DNA from: Octopus vulgaris
Taxonomy: Eukaryota
Assembly (NCBI GenBank): GCA_951406725.2
Contig: OX597830.1
Span: 2,790,001 to 2,854,000, forward strand
Reading direction: 5' to 3'
Length of the DNA: 64,000 bases
This document shows, in pieces, positions 37,626-51,776 of the stretch. The notes beneath the pieces are model-generated. The model was not told where the DNA came from and ran no database searches. It was given only the letters and a program-made list of their open reading frames with translations. The first letter of the stretch is position 1. Each line of letters begins with the position of its first letter. Both the position numbers and the translations under genes were made by a program.

Positions 37626-39984
37626 TTTATTTCCGAATTTGTGTTAATGTGTATAGAATAATATATCAGTTAAAATGTTCAAACCTATTCTGAACAGAAA
37701 TAACAACAATAATATAACAACCAGTTAATGATGTGAATTAAATATCTTTAACCTATCAATATAAACAACTATGAAAACCAACTGAGTTTTCTCCCTCATA
37801 ACACCATTACATGTAAACCACAAACTAATTGGTTAAAATAAAGATGGGATGTATGCCAGTAATATCGGTACACCCAGCAAACCATGACTTCTAAGCTGCA
37901 TGTGGATTGGTCAAAACCGTATTCCAAAAGATTCAGCTTGTTGGAGCCTTCTGAGAGGTACAAAAAGGAAGAAAACATGGTCTGGTTTTGACGATTTTTT
38001 ATAATTGTGCTTTAAAAAATTTTTTTACAATGTTGAAGTATGTTAAACATTAAAAAATATTTTGTAATGTTCCTAAAGTTTAACCAATGCTTTCATATAT
38101 TCGTAGTAATCATCAGATTCCAAAATGCATTTAACTGACAGTCTGGGTCTTGACAACTGTAGTAAAATGACTGACTCCTTCCTTTTGGTACTTCTTGTCC
38201 CTTTCATTAGGAGTGAGGGAGTTATAATGTTGTAACATGATATTTCATCTTAAAACATTATAGCTCAACCAATTTGGAAGATTTTAGTGTTGGTCACATA
38301 TGGCTGGTTGCTGACATATTTTCCCACTTTGTATGGATATTTTATCCTGTCTCTGCAGTTCTATCAGTGTTTGTGTTTTTGAAAATAAATTCTTTTCTTA
38401 TTTGTATCTCACAAAACTCATTTCAGTGCTTTTACATTTAGCGCAATAAAATCTCACAATGTATTTTGTTCAATGATCTAATGATTCTTTTCTAATTAAG
38501 CCATTAATTCACAAATATTTTGCTTATACCCCGATTCCCACCACTTAATCTGTTCCTCAGTTTATTTCCACCATCTGTACCCTTAAATATATCAAAAAGA
38601 ACCAAATCTGTTCCAAGAATTTATCTTAGGTCTTCACTATCTTTGTACAGTGATTCCTACAGAAGTGGCAATGTGCAGACCATGGTTTCATCTTTTCTTT
38701 CCATCATTATTGATGTCTCTGATCAATGATAATGTTTTCCGTCCTTTCACTTCTGACGATGTCAAAAGAAAACATGTTAAACTATTGACACAAAGCAAAC
38801 TGTTCTTCCTCTAAACAAGAGCAATTCTCTCAAGAATATGCAGCCATTCCACCACCAATTCCCAGCCTGACTGTCTCTATTCTTCTTAACCTCACTAAAA
38901 ATGGTATTCCAAAGTAACCTACCCTTTCACCCTTAATGTATTCTCCCAGCCAAAAAGCCTCCAAATTTTCTCAACTTCCTCAATTTTGTCACTAATTTCT
39001 GATATTATTTCACCCATCAAATCTAAGAAATCTCCTAATCCACCCCCCCCACCTTCTCCTCCTCCTCCTCCTTTTCCTCCCTGCTGCTTCTGGTCATTTA
39101 CACTCACTTCTCAAATAAGTTGATAATTCTTAATTAAATCTCTGGATTTCAAGAAACACTTAGCAAAGAATCCATGGAAATGTTTAATCTAAAATTTGGC
39201 ACAGCATCTATTTTCTGCAGCATCTTAGAGAATGTTAGAGCATTCTTTGCTTCACTTGCACTCATCCAACCACAAACTAAAAACAACAAGAACACAAACC
39301 AAGCCATTGGAAGCCAGAAATTGCCCCCACCCCTCCTCCCTTCCTCCTCTCCCCTTTTCTCCTCCCCCCCCTCCTATTCATCAGCCAACATTAGAAACAG
39401 CAGTGTAGTTATTAAGACTGTTCGCATACTTTATCAATTTTTCATAAAAACTAAAACACAATTTACTATAATAAGCAATTGCTCTTTGCAAGACAGATAG
39501 GAATCGTACCATTGGGAGGAATTTGGCTCCGTTTGAGATATTTCTTGTTCAGAAATTAAGTGGAGATACATTATTCAGGTTCCATTTTATTGCGTCCTCA
39601 AGCAAGAGGAAGGAATAAAGATATGGATATATTTATTTCATAGTCTTGTGTGATAAATAGACAACTGCTTAATATTTTGTTACTACACACACACACACAC
39701 ACACACATGCACACACTCATGCACACACACATATATACATATATAAATATAATAAACACACAGATACATATGTATCCGTGTTTGTAGTATATGTGCATGC
39801 ATATCATCCCCATCATCATCCTCATCATTATAATATCCACTTTTCCATGCCTGCATGGGTTACACTGAGTCTGTTATGGCTGAATGCCTTTCCTGTCACT
39901 AACCCTCACCTATATTCCAAGCAAAGTAATATTTTCACACAGACAGACATTTTCACAGAATGTTGGAAATCTATGACTCTGTAT

Positions 39985-40392
39985 CTCTCTCTTTCTCTTT
40001 TACTTGTTTCAGTCATTTGACTGCGGCCATGCTGGAGCACCGCCTTTAATCGAGCATCTCGACCCTGGGACTTATTCTTTTGTAAGCTCAGTACTTATTC
40101 TATCGGTCTCTTTTGCCGAACCGCTAAGTAACGGGGACATAAACACACCAGCATCGGTTGTCAAGCAATGCTGGGGGTACAAACACAGACACACAAACAC
40201 ACACATACATATATATATATACATATATACGACAGGCTTCTTTCAGTTTCCGTCTACCAAATCCACTCACAAGGCATCGGTCGGCCCGGGGCTATAGCAG
40301 AAGACACTTGCCCAAGATGCCACACAGTGGGACTGAACCCGGGACCATTTGGTTGGTTAGCAAGCTACTTACCACACAGCCACTCTTGCGCC
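39985..40392 (-). mobile_element. SINE family A, full length, young
   Basis: CpG-retaining; highly similar to 43980-44437 in reverse. Confidence 0.93.
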
Positions 40393-40597
40393 TATGATGG
40401 GGATACTAATTTACAATCATCACATGATGTCAAGACAAGGACAAACAAATACACACACACAGAGGCACACACACACACACACACACATACACACACACAC
40501 AGAGGCGCGCACACACACACACACATTAAGCATGGGATATTGATAATGCTTACATCATTGAGCTGTTTCTGATGTTAAATTCAAATACACCTATAGC

Positions 40598-40710
40598 ATG
40601 GACTGCTTTCAATTCCATCTGCCAATTCCACTCACCAGATTTTGGTCAGACCAAGGCTATAGCAGAAGACATTGCACAGGGTTCCACATAATGGGACTGA
40701 ATCCCAACCA
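40598..40710 (-). mobile_element. SINE family A head fragment
   Basis: gctatagcagaagacattg...gggactgaatccc. Confidence 0.7.
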
Positions 40711-40755
40711 TATTTATATGTGTGTGTGTACATATGTGTGCCTACTTGTGTGTGT

Positions 40756-40786
<31 letters not shown>

Positions 40787-41656
40787 CATGTATGTGTGTT
40801 TCTACCCTTGCCTTCACTTCATTGGAGAGTTCTGAAAGGATGTAATCATCATGCAAGTTTTGTCTTTCATTTCCCGTCTTATTATGGAAGGGATGGCAAC
40901 TAGGAGGGCTTCTGGCAATAAAAATATTTGCCTCAACAAATCCTGTCCAATCCATGCTAACATGGAAAAGTGTATATTAAAACGATGATGATAAAGTATT
41001 TGCTTACATGCATTTTAAGCTAGTGTTTATACTCTGTGCCACCAGAACAGCAAGGCATATATTGGCCAAACTGCTCGTGGTTTTAGAGTTAGTTATTATT
41101 CATACACACATTCACTTAGAAACCAGGCTAGACCTGACAAGGAATTTTTTCCCCTTCTTTATCAAAATACAGAGAACTCAAAAACTAAAAACATTTCATA
41201 GCAACTAAAGTGGAACATTCTGATAAAATAATTGATCTTGCAACCTTTACATTAGTGATTCAGTCAAAATTCCTTTTTTCTTAACATCAGCTTTTCAACT
41301 GCAATTCAGGGATGGTTTCCTCTTGTGTACATTGTTTGTACTCTTCATATCCGCACTTTAAGCTTATCGTGTCTGCTTCAATGAACAGATTAGAGATATT
41401 CATCAAGTAAATACAGCCACACACCACACACACACACACACACTACATAATCCTTGGTCTGGCATGCATGCTTTGGTGTATGTGCTTCAATTACTTCAGA
41501 CTTCGCAAGACAAGAATTAATGAATGGTATTTCTCAGTGTTTGCTTGTTTCATCAGACCTGTGTACTTATGTATAACATCACACCACCAGATATATTATG
41601 GTAAATTACACTCTACCAATCTTCACTTCTCACGCATCTGATAATGACTGCTTTTT

Positions 41657-42045
41657 ATCATCATCATCGTTTAACGCCCGTTTTCCATGCTAGCATGAGT
41701 TGGACGATTTGACCGGGGTCTGGAAGCCAGGAGGCTGCACCAGGCTCCAGTCTGATCTGGCAGTGTTTCTACAGCTGGATGCCCTTCCTAACGCCAACCA
41801 CTCTGTGAGTGCAGTGGGTGCTTTTTACATGCCACCGGCACAGGTGTCAGGCGAGGCTGGCAACGGCCACGATCGGTTGGTGCTTTTTACATGCCACTAG
41901 CACAGAAGCCAGTCGAGATGTCACTGGCAACGGCCACGTTCGGATGGTGCTTTTAACATGCCACCGGCACTGGTATCACAGCTACAATTTCCATTGATTT
42001 TTTGATCGATTTTGATTTCACTTGCCTCAACAGGTCTTTGCAAAC
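41657..42045 (-). mobile_element. SINE family D with ~60-bp internal tandem units
   Basis: (atc)n-gtttaacgcccgttttccatgctagc; three ggtgctttttacatgccac units. Confidence 0.88.
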
Positions 42046-42179
42046 AGAGTTTTGTGTCCAATGGCTTCGTCCCATTATATTTATGTTTATGTATTTTCAG
42101 TTCATCAGTTTATTTAGTCTTCTATTACTTCAGGAATACAGACAAAAGTCTGCTTGCAAGACAAAGACTTCTTTAAAGA

Positions 42180-42422
42180 TCTTTATCTTGCAAGTTACTC
42201 GGTGACCTCACTGGTGCTGGTGCTCTGTTAAAAGTGCCCAGTACATTCTGTAATATGGTTGGCATTAAGAAAGACATTCGGCTGCAGAAAACATGCCAAA
42301 GCAAACAGTAGAACTTGGCACACACTTCTGGCTTGCCGCCTCCTCTCAAACCATCCAACCCATTCCAGCAGCATGGAAAACACACATTAAACGACAACGG
42401 CAACGATGATGATGATGATGAT
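42180..42422 (+). mobile_element. SINE family D, diverged
   Basis: ggttggcattaagaaagacattcggctg...catggaaaac...(gat)n. Confidence 0.75.
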
Positions 42423-42917
42423 ATATCTACTTATTTATTTATTTGCTGACCTACTAATGCTAACATAGGATCTTTATCTACTGATCCAGTGACAGAGAAT
42501 ACTTTGTAACTGAAATTCTATAAACGCTTCAAATATTAACAAAAATAATGAGTTGGCAATTATATTGATTCATTTATATATATAATATATACACACAAAC
42601 AGACAGACACACACACAAACAGACACACACACACAGACACACACAGACACACACATATCAACAGTTGCACATACATTCCTTATTTGTTTTTTTTAAACAC
42701 CAATTTGCTGCAGGGTAACATCCAGGAAAAGCTCCTTACATAATGCTTGGTATTAACGTACACAGTGTGTCCCAGACCAAGTGAGACAATTCACCCTGAG
42801 GGGAATGAGAATGGCAGGTACCGATATTTCTCAATTATTGCCATTATTTACATTTTGAGGACTGCTTTTAATTTGTGTATATGTGTATATATATATATTT
42901 ATGTTTATATACACACA

Positions 42918-43138
42918 CATGAAGGATTGTCAAAAAGTTCCTGGTTTCGAGGGTATTGTGAAAGGCCTGGCTTGAGACTCAACCCTCTGAGTTCTTTTCC
43001 AGGGCTTAGATAAACTGAATGACCACTACAATAACTGAGTGAATTTGAGAAGGGGATATGTTGAATGAAATCCTAATCAACTGATTCTCCTGTATTTTCT
43101 TTTACCCAAAGCAAGGAACCTTTCAGCACCTTCTTGTA
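42918..43138. mobile_element. Mariner-derived MITE
   Basis: Imperfect TIRs gaagg..gtcaaaaagttcctggttt / aaagcaaggaacctttcagcaccttc; TA at right end. Confidence 0.65.
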
Positions 43139-43979
43139 TATAAACCATAAAATGCTAGCATGTATGAGAGACGAATACATATATATTTAGCCACTTGATA
43201 TCTGCAGTTTTATGCCCCATTTTCCAGCCTTCATTATGTAATAGTAATTTCAGAGTTTAATGAATTATTTTACTATTCTGCACCAATATATATGCGACAC
43301 ATTGCACGATACAGATGCATATTTAGAGATGAGGGCAGATATGGAAGACGAACCTTTCAAGTGACCAAAACATCAAGGTTACATCAATGCTTCAACTCTA
43401 ATGGATATCAAATGGTTAAATAAATATATTCACCTTTCCTACCTCCTGATTCATCATGGAGTGTATACTTTGCATGAAACAATTTCATTAATCAGATCTC
43501 CTGCATTTCAACTGTGTGGGACTCTACATTATACCCCTTTTGTTTTGTATTACTATGTCATATGATAGATGGGTCCACTAGAGGGTCTTTGTGTGATAGC
43601 CAAAAGATTCTATGAAACTATATATTGCACTACAAATATACACACTCACACACACACACTCACACACACACACACACATACACACACACACATACACACA
43701 CACACATAACAAATGGATGTCTTATAAAACTGCTCCACACATACAACAATGGCCATACCAACAATCCAACACCTTTCCATGGATATCACGATATCACTAT
43801 GGTTTTGACACCTGGGCAGTATCATTCAATCCAGGGCTATCAACAGCACTAAAATAAGCATTGATTGGGAACAAACATACCTTGGATATCACCACATTCA
43901 TTCAATCTTAATTCTACGAAGGATTAAGCACTAACATTTTAAATTAAACTAATAATTCTATAAGTAAATCAAATTAATA

Positions 43980-44157
43980 GGTGTAGGAGTGGCTGTGTGG
44001 TAAGTAGCTTGCTTACCAACCACATGGTTTCCAGGTTCAGTCTCACTGCATGACACCTTGGGCAAGTGTCTTCTACTATAGCCACGGGCTGACCAAAGCC
44101 TTGTGAGTGGATTTGGCAGACGGAAACTGAAAGAAGCCCGTCGTATATATATATATG

Positions 44158-44212
<55 letters not shown>

Positions 44213-44437
44213 ATATGTTTTTGTTTCTGTGTTTGTCCCCACCAATATCGCTTGACAACCGATGCTGGTGTGTTTACGTCCCTGTAACTTAGCAGTTCGG
44301 CAAAAGAGACCGATTGAATAAGTACTAGACTTACAAAGAATAAGTCCTGGGGTCGATTTACTTGACTAAAGGCAGTGCTCCAGCATGGCCACAGTCAAAT
44401 GACTGAAACAAGTAAAAGAGTAAAAGAGTAAAGAGTA
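43980..44437 (+). mobile_element. SINE family A, full length
   Basis: tRNA head, CORE-like motif, internal (TA)(TG), (taaaagag)n tail; 19-bp flank duplication taataattctataagtaaa at 43950-43968 and 44436-44454. Confidence 0.95.
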
Positions 44438-45159
44438 ATAATTCTATAAGTAAACCTATAACTAACTCCCAACTTATCTAGTGAAATAGCAACCTAACCC
44501 TTGAAGTCCATACAAATAATCTTCTGTCCAGTCTTCCATAGTTATTAATATAAAAATGAAAGCTTTTATTTTCTATTCTTTCGAAAACAAAACAAACTCA
44601 ATTGAACTTAACTTAACTAATATTATAACTAACTCTATGTAAATTACAATATTTCATAGCCCAAAAGTTAATAATTAAAACACTCCAAACATATTAAATA
44701 TTCTTTATTCTTACAAGCTTTTATGTTAAACTTATACCAGTAAATTAATAGATAATACTAAGATATCCTTATTAAATCAGAAACTGATAAAAGAATACCT
44801 GTAATTAACAATTATTTTTTAAAAGCCCTGTTATGATTAAAGCTAGCTGGGTTAGAAAACAGAGAGATCTAATGGATACAAACTAATTTATTAATTAATA
44901 AATTAATTTGTATCCATTAGAACTCTGTTTTCTGACTCGACAATAATGTTTGATATTTTATATAATATATTCATTGAATGGTTATCTCTTCAAAATTTGA
45001 TATATTAAACTAGTGTATCTTGAATAAATACTTCTATAAGGGATTTAAATATTCTTGTTCTGACTATAAATGATATATATAATAGCACAAAGAGACAGTG
45101 CCAGTTATTCACACACTTTACCAATTAAGAATCTTCCTAGCACACCACCATTCAGTCCA

Positions 45160-45392
45160 ACATCATCATCATCATCATTTAACATCCATTCTTCATGCTT
45201 GCATGGGGTTGGATGGTTTGACCAGAGCTGGAAAGGTGGAGGTTGCACCAGGCTCCAATCTGATTTGGCATGCTTTCTCTGGCTGGATGCCCTTCCTAAC
45301 ACCAAACAAAGTGTGCACTGGGTGCTTTTACATGGCACTGCACGAGTTCTTTCCCATGGCACTTCCATGAGTGCATTTTATGTGGCACCAGT
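45160..45392 (-). mobile_element. SINE family D
   Basis: (cat)n-ttaacatcc...gctggatgcccttcctaac...gggtgctttta. Confidence 0.8.
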
Positions 45393-45790
45393 ACATGACT
45401 CTTGCAGGCCAATCCACTTCACCAGGAGGAGCAGCCTTAACATGTATGATCAATTGGATAAAGAGAGCAGAGAGATGGTTTACTGCTACCAGGATGCAAA
45501 CTGGAATTTGAATAACTTTGGCTGGGTCAACCGGGAGAGGAGGTCTGAGGTTGAAAGACCCACAATCTTCCAAGGCTTCTGTGATGTCACTGACGAGGCA
45601 TCCCAAAGCATTTGTGAGATACAGCTTGGAATCCTTGTTGTTCTACCATGGCAATCACTTATAGGAATCATTTGAACAAATCTTCACTTAACCTAATTGA
45701 ATAGTAGGTAGAAATTCTTTCCTATTTATCTCCAATAAACGGCAGAAATTAACTTCGTTTATTAAAAATAGACTTTGCAATATTTTAGCT

Positions 45791-46178
45791 ACATTATTTA
45801 CGTTATTTACATTTGACGGATATTTGTCCTCATCTTGTTTGTTGTTAACACAACATTTTGGTTGATATACTCTCCAGCCTTCATCAAACCTGGGTTCTCA
45901 TTCCTAAGGTATTTCTCGATGTTGTTGTTATTATATTACCATTATTATTATTCAGGTCACTGCCTGGGATCAGACTCGGAATCTTGGGGTTAGTAGCCCA
46001 TGCTCTTAACCTTAGGAACATGAACCCAGGTTCAAAATTTCCCCAAGGCACCTGATGAGGGCTGGAGGGTATATCAGCTGAAACGTTGTGTTAACAACAA
46101 ACAAGATGAGGACAAAAATCCGTCAAATGTAAATAATGTAAATAACATACACAATTGCTGATCTCTTAATTATAGAAC
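45791..46178. mobile_element. Fold-back element with tRNA-like head and hammerhead, flanked by a 15-bp TSD
   Basis: Arms 45790-45909/46010-46149; tRNA-like segment on the minus strand ~45953-46011; TSD tgcaatattttagct (45776-45790) / tgcaatgttttagtt (46179-46193). Confidence 0.85.
46047..46092 (+). ncRNA. Minimal type-I hammerhead motif
   Basis: ggcac-CTGATGA-g-ggctg-gagggtatat-cagct-GAAA-c-GTT-gtgtt; decayed mirror copy at ~45846-45887 (-). Confidence 0.8.
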
Positions 46179-46499
46179 TGCAATGTTTTAGTTGTTCACC
46201 ATTTAAAGTAAAGAAATTTGTAGCATACATTTTCGACACAACACCATCCAAGCCTTTTAGCTGAACACATGTAAAGGTAAAGGTTTTTCATTATTTTAAT
46301 GAGAATGTTTTATGCTTACCAACATATACATTCCATTTTCCACATATTTGATCGATGTGAAGTGTTTGCTAAACTGAAACCAAAGTGGTTAAATATATGG
46401 AATAAATGTTTGTATTTACCCATCTCCTGGGTACAGACAAAAGACTATGCAAACATCATTTCACACCAATGTACCTACAGGGAAATATAGAAATAGGGA

Positions 46500-46693
46500 C
46501 GTGTGGATGTGTGTGTATATGTGCATGCGTGCGTGTGTGTGTGTGTGTGTATGAATACATAAGTATATATGTATATGTGTATGAATGTATATATATATAT
46601 ATTTATATATATATACATATATATGTACACATACATATGTGCATACACACACATATGTATATGTATATATTTGTACATATATATATATGTATG

Positions 46694-46735
<42 letters not shown>

Positions 46736-46875
46736 TACATACATACATGCATACATACATGCATACATACATACATACATACATACATGTATTTAATCTT
46801 ATATGTATGAAACATTTATCTATATATATGTATACATATGTACACACCTAGTGTATATACATATGTGTGTGTGTT
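46500..46875. repeat. Compound (TG)/(TA)/(TACA) microsatellite
   Basis: Direct reading. Confidence 0.95.
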
Positions 46876-47059
46876 CTTAGAGTATATATTCCTTCTCTAC
46901 GATATTATGTCTTTGTCTCTATATCCACCAGTACATACACCAATACATGAGTTGCTTTATTGCATCTAACATCGTGACCGTGAAAAGCCAGACTGGTTAG
47001 GAAGACAGTGTGGTTTACTTGACATTATATAACTAATCACATTCTTATTTTTCCATAAA

Positions 47060-47276
47060 TACTGGGTGACCAAAAAGTAGGCTTACACTTATCACGCAGG
47101 CACTTTAAATTTCTTTTAAAACATTTGATTACATTCAAATTTCTATCTTACAATTAACGAAATTAGCAGAGAATAATGGTTTCATGTTCGTTTATAATTA
47201 AGATCTAAACTGTTAAAATAGGAATAAGAAAGAGAAAGTTGAATAACTGTAAAACCTAGTTTGGGGCCACCCTATA
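47060..47276. mobile_element. Tc1/mariner-type MITE
   Basis: TA-bounded imperfect TIRs ctgggtgaccaaaaagtaggcttacacttat / ataactgtaaaacctagtttggggccacccta. Confidence 0.7.
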
Positions 47277-47882
47277 TATATCCGTTGTTTAGACAATGAT
47301 CATATTAAACCTTTAAATAAAAACCTCATTTTAACAACCCTTATCAGAGACGAACCACCCAGGTATATATAGAATATACTTATAAAATGAGCAATACATT
47401 AATATACTAATTGTTTAATTTATTCACCCACCCCACGGGGTTTCGTTATATACCACATTGCAGCTAACATTTATCATCCTCACATCATCCTTAACCACTG
47501 ACAAGCCACAGAAAACACCACAAACATAAATGTTCTCAATATCTCTACAATTCCATTATCATCCTAACCGTTTCTCATCTAACTTTAACTGTCTCTGTTT
47601 TTTTTATTCTTGCTTTGTGACTTGTTTACATTTAGGTTTGCTTCACATCTTATAAAGATGTCAAATGAATAACTATGCTTCTGTCTATTTCATACATGTT
47701 ACGAGTTTTCTCATTTACAGTGCTTTATTATAATGTCATCAGTTGTCCTCCTCCTCCTCCTCATCGTCATCATTATTTTAATGTCCACTTTTCTATGCTT
47801 GCATGGGCTGGATGGTGTTTATTCAAGAATACATAAATATACATGCATATATGTGTGCATGTATATATAAATATCTACCTCT

Positions 47883-47936
<54 letters not shown>

Positions 47937-48508
47937 AAAATAAAATTTTTATATGTCTCAGCCACTCTATATATATATATATATGTCAAAATATGCAACA
48001 GAATATCCAGAGGTGATGCAGTATGACCGTTCCAAGCGGCTCCATTTAATTGAACAATGCAATCATTACATCAGTTTAAATGCAGAGCTATCCTCAGCTA
48101 CATAAATAAATAAATAGAATTAATTTAAACAGTTGGACACATTTGCATAATTTTATTTAAATTTTCTAAGAGGGTAAGAAGACAGAGAAAGTCCAGACTG
48201 CTCTCACTTCAGCTTAGAAGCTTGTTTGGGTCCTAGCTTGTCACAGATTTTTAGGGTCGGGTTTTAATTTATTGTCCTAGTTTATCAAATCTTTGTATAT
48301 CAAAATTCTCCGTGATTCTCCGTATAGAATACACTTAGTAGTGCTCAAAAGATTCAAACTGAGACTCTGATGTCTTTACAGGGGATCAATTCCATAAAGT
48401 AAAGAAAGGTGATAAGAGGGAGCAAATCAAGCTCGTATAGAGGCAATTATGGTGATAAACAAATGAGACACATCAAATATACCAAATACATAATATATAT
48501 ATATACAT

Positions 48509-48539
<31 letters not shown>

Positions 48540-49734
48540 CATGCAAAACAGGAGAAAGCAGAAGGTGGAAACTATCAGACGATGAATTTTTGAAGTGTAA
48601 ATATATAAATATAGATATTTATATAAATAGGTCCAACTTACACAGAGTACAAACGAAAGAGAAAATTGAAAGAGTGGATGAAAGGTATTATAAGTCCAAC
48701 AGCTGTTTCTGGGGGCTCAGTAATCCATAATAATATTGGTAGACTTAGTTCATCACAAAATAAGATCGTATGGATACACTTAATATTGGGTGAGACAAGC
48801 ATCTGTCATCAGAGCAGAGGAGACCTTACCTTTCAGACCTTAATGTAGAGAAGTTCAAAAATGAAACTTTTCTGTTCTACAAAGAAACGGTATAATAATA
48901 TTGAAGTAAAAGTATTTGTAATCACATCATGGTAAGAAAGGTAAATATTTTAAATGCATCACACAGCCATCGATTCACTTTCCACTTCTGGACATGTGAT
49001 ACATTCTGTTCCCTCAGTGGCTAATGTCACTAAGGTTTTCTCTCATATACCAGTGGCACAAAATTCTTTATGGGCCTTACTGAAAAATCCCTTTAAAATA
49101 TGAATTTAGTAACAAATTTATGCATTCAGACATGAATATATCTTGAGTTTAAAACTTAATATGTCCCTTAGAGATCACAATTGTCTGCTAAATTGTTGGT
49201 TCTAAGATAAAGCCTTGTGTCCCAAACAAATATAGCTTCCCACATCGGCAGTTTTAAAGAAACTTCCATCAATATTCATTAAGGAATTTTTAAATAACTT
49301 TGTAGAGTAGTTTATTTTTCACATAATAGATACCTTGAAATATGGCCACAATTTGAAAAAAAAAATGGCAGTAAACACTAAGACTGCACTAAAAAGAGCC
49401 ACATTCTTAGTCTTTGTGTATTTTACACATATGATACTAAAAACATGAAAATAATGCAACTTTCTGTATGTGAAGGATGATTATATCATGTGATCAGTAC
49501 ATGACAATTTAATAGATGATTATTGACACATTTTGTCACGCATTTCGTCATTTGCATATTTTTTATTTATTATCAGTTTTTGTTTTGCAACAACTCAAAT
49601 CTCGATTTCTAATGATGTTTTGATGTGTTTACGGATATTTTGGCTTACATATTGTCATGCTGCTTTCTTTTGTTAATTGTTTGAATAATCAGAAACATGA
49701 AACTTAGAATAATGATGCAAGAATATTTAGTTTC

Positions 49735-49777
49735 TCATTCTCACTCTCTCCCTCTCCCTCTCTCTTTCTTTCTGTCA

Positions 49778-49827
<50 letters not shown>

Positions 49828-49831
49828 CACT

Positions 49832-49865
<34 letters not shown>

Positions 49866-50112
49866 TGTATGTATGTGTTGTATTGAACACATACTTGTGT
49901 TCAAATACATACATATGTACATACACATATATGTATATTTATATACATATACATATATAAATATATGAGTGTGTATATATATGTGTTCATGTGTGTATAA
50001 GTATATATCCTTATCTATATGTATGTGTATATATATGTATGTGTATATATATATATATATATATATACATATATATATGATATACATATATGTATACACA
50101 TGTGTGTGTGTA

Positions 50113-50162
<50 letters not shown>

Positions 50163-50170
50163 TGTATACA

Positions 50171-50212
<42 letters not shown>

Positions 50213-50292
50213 CATACTTATGTATAAGATCATAGTTAAGCTTTTACTAACACGCACCTCTGCACACACGCATATATATATACCCATATATT
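49735..50292. repeat. Compound (CT)/(CA)/(TA)/(TG) microsatellite field
   Basis: Direct reading. Confidence 0.95.
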
Positions 50293-50792
50293 CATAATGT
50301 TTTTCAATATTGTGTCTATATAAATCTACATGATTAAAACTTGTTTGCTATTTCTTCTTCTCTCTCCTCCTGCTTCTGTTTATATTCAACTGTTATTTAC
50401 ATTATTCTTAATTTCATTATATTTTGCATTACTCTTTATATTCCTCCTGTTTGCTAAAAAAAAAAAAAACCAAACACCCACACCACCACTACGCTAGTCT
50501 AACCGTATGCAGACAGAAAACACACTTTTGCAACTCACTGCTTCGTTTTATTTTATTTCCACAAAAGAAAAAACCATTATGTAAGATGCAAGCTGGAAGA
50601 CGTTTATATTTATTTTTTTTATTTTATTCTTTTTTCTTGTTTTATATTTCGTTTTTCTTTTGGTTGCTTTTTTTTCAAGAAAAATTAATCAAATTCATTT
50701 CAGAGAATTAGAGATTAATTATGTTTCAGTTATTGATGTTATTTTATCTCTTTATTTAATTTTACATTTGTTGTTGTTGTTGTTGCTGTTGT

Positions 50793-50826
<34 letters not shown>

Positions 50827-51388
50827 AATGGTGATGATACTTCTTGTTGATGATTCGTTGATGTTTCTAAAGTTGTTGATGTTCTTGCTCATTGCTTATT
50901 GCTTTTTAGTTATTTTTTGTTCTAGTTGTTGTTGTTGTTGTTGTTGTTGCCACTGTAGTTGTTTGTTATTGTTTACCACCAGGTCATCCCTAATCAGAGC
51001 TGATCTTTGAACAAAAACATTGTAGCCACCCATGACCACTCCATTGTATGGACTACACCATCCACCATCCAATAGGTCCTTCTTTTATCTGAGATGGCAA
51101 TATTTAAACTGAGAAAGATTTTGGTGTTATTTCTAACAAATCAATCGTCTATATTGATTCACAATATAATTGTTGTGCTTAAAGATTTAATTCACAAGAT
51201 GAGTGCAATACATACGATTGTGGGATACACGAAATATTTCAATCTAGTTTATTTATTGCCCTAATGTTCTGAGTTCAAATCCTAGCAGAGTTAACTTTGT
51301 TTTGTCCATACAACAACAGCACATTTCATAAAATATTTTCTTATTCCCCAAAGAGGTCAAATTTCAGAAATTCCTCATGGCAGTGGAA

Positions 51389-51776
51389 TCTTATCTCTAT
51401 ATATAAAGCTGAAGTTGTCTGTGTGTGGCAGGTTTGGTAGCATTCAACTAACATTATCTCTTCTGAGACCCTGTGGCACAAGTTGACCAAAATTGAGAGT
51501 ATGATAGAAGAAGGCTTGCTCTTCTTTCCGTAAAAATTCAAATTGGACCATGTTAACACCAAAAATTATTTACATCAAAAAGGTGCTTTTTCTCTATAAA
51601 AATCCCTATTTTTTACGATTTTTGACTGTTGTGTCGTCATTTTTCGGTGTAATTCAACCAGAAAAATGTACACTTAAAGAGAATAACAAGCGACATAATG
51701 CAAAATTCTTACTTTTCAAAAATTCCCATTCTAAAGGGTTGAAACAAACCCAAGCAACACTGAGCGATATTGCTAG
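51389..51776 (+). mobile_element. Non-autonomous Helitron-like element
   Basis: A|TCttatctctatatataaagc...gtctgtgtg 5' end; decayed subterminal hairpin; CTAG|T 3' end. Confidence 0.7.

Noticed and set aside
43980-44060. tRNA gene
   Set aside because: tRNA-derived SINE head with no complete cloverleaf, followed by the SINE body; the same applies to the other heads.
45070-45675. 201-aa ORF
   Set aside because: The first half is SINE D antisense; the rest has no motif I recognise.
48830-48876. 47-nt minus-strand exon (ttctttgtag...aag|gtaagg)
   Set aside because: Short, adjacent to a repeat island, no supporting homology.
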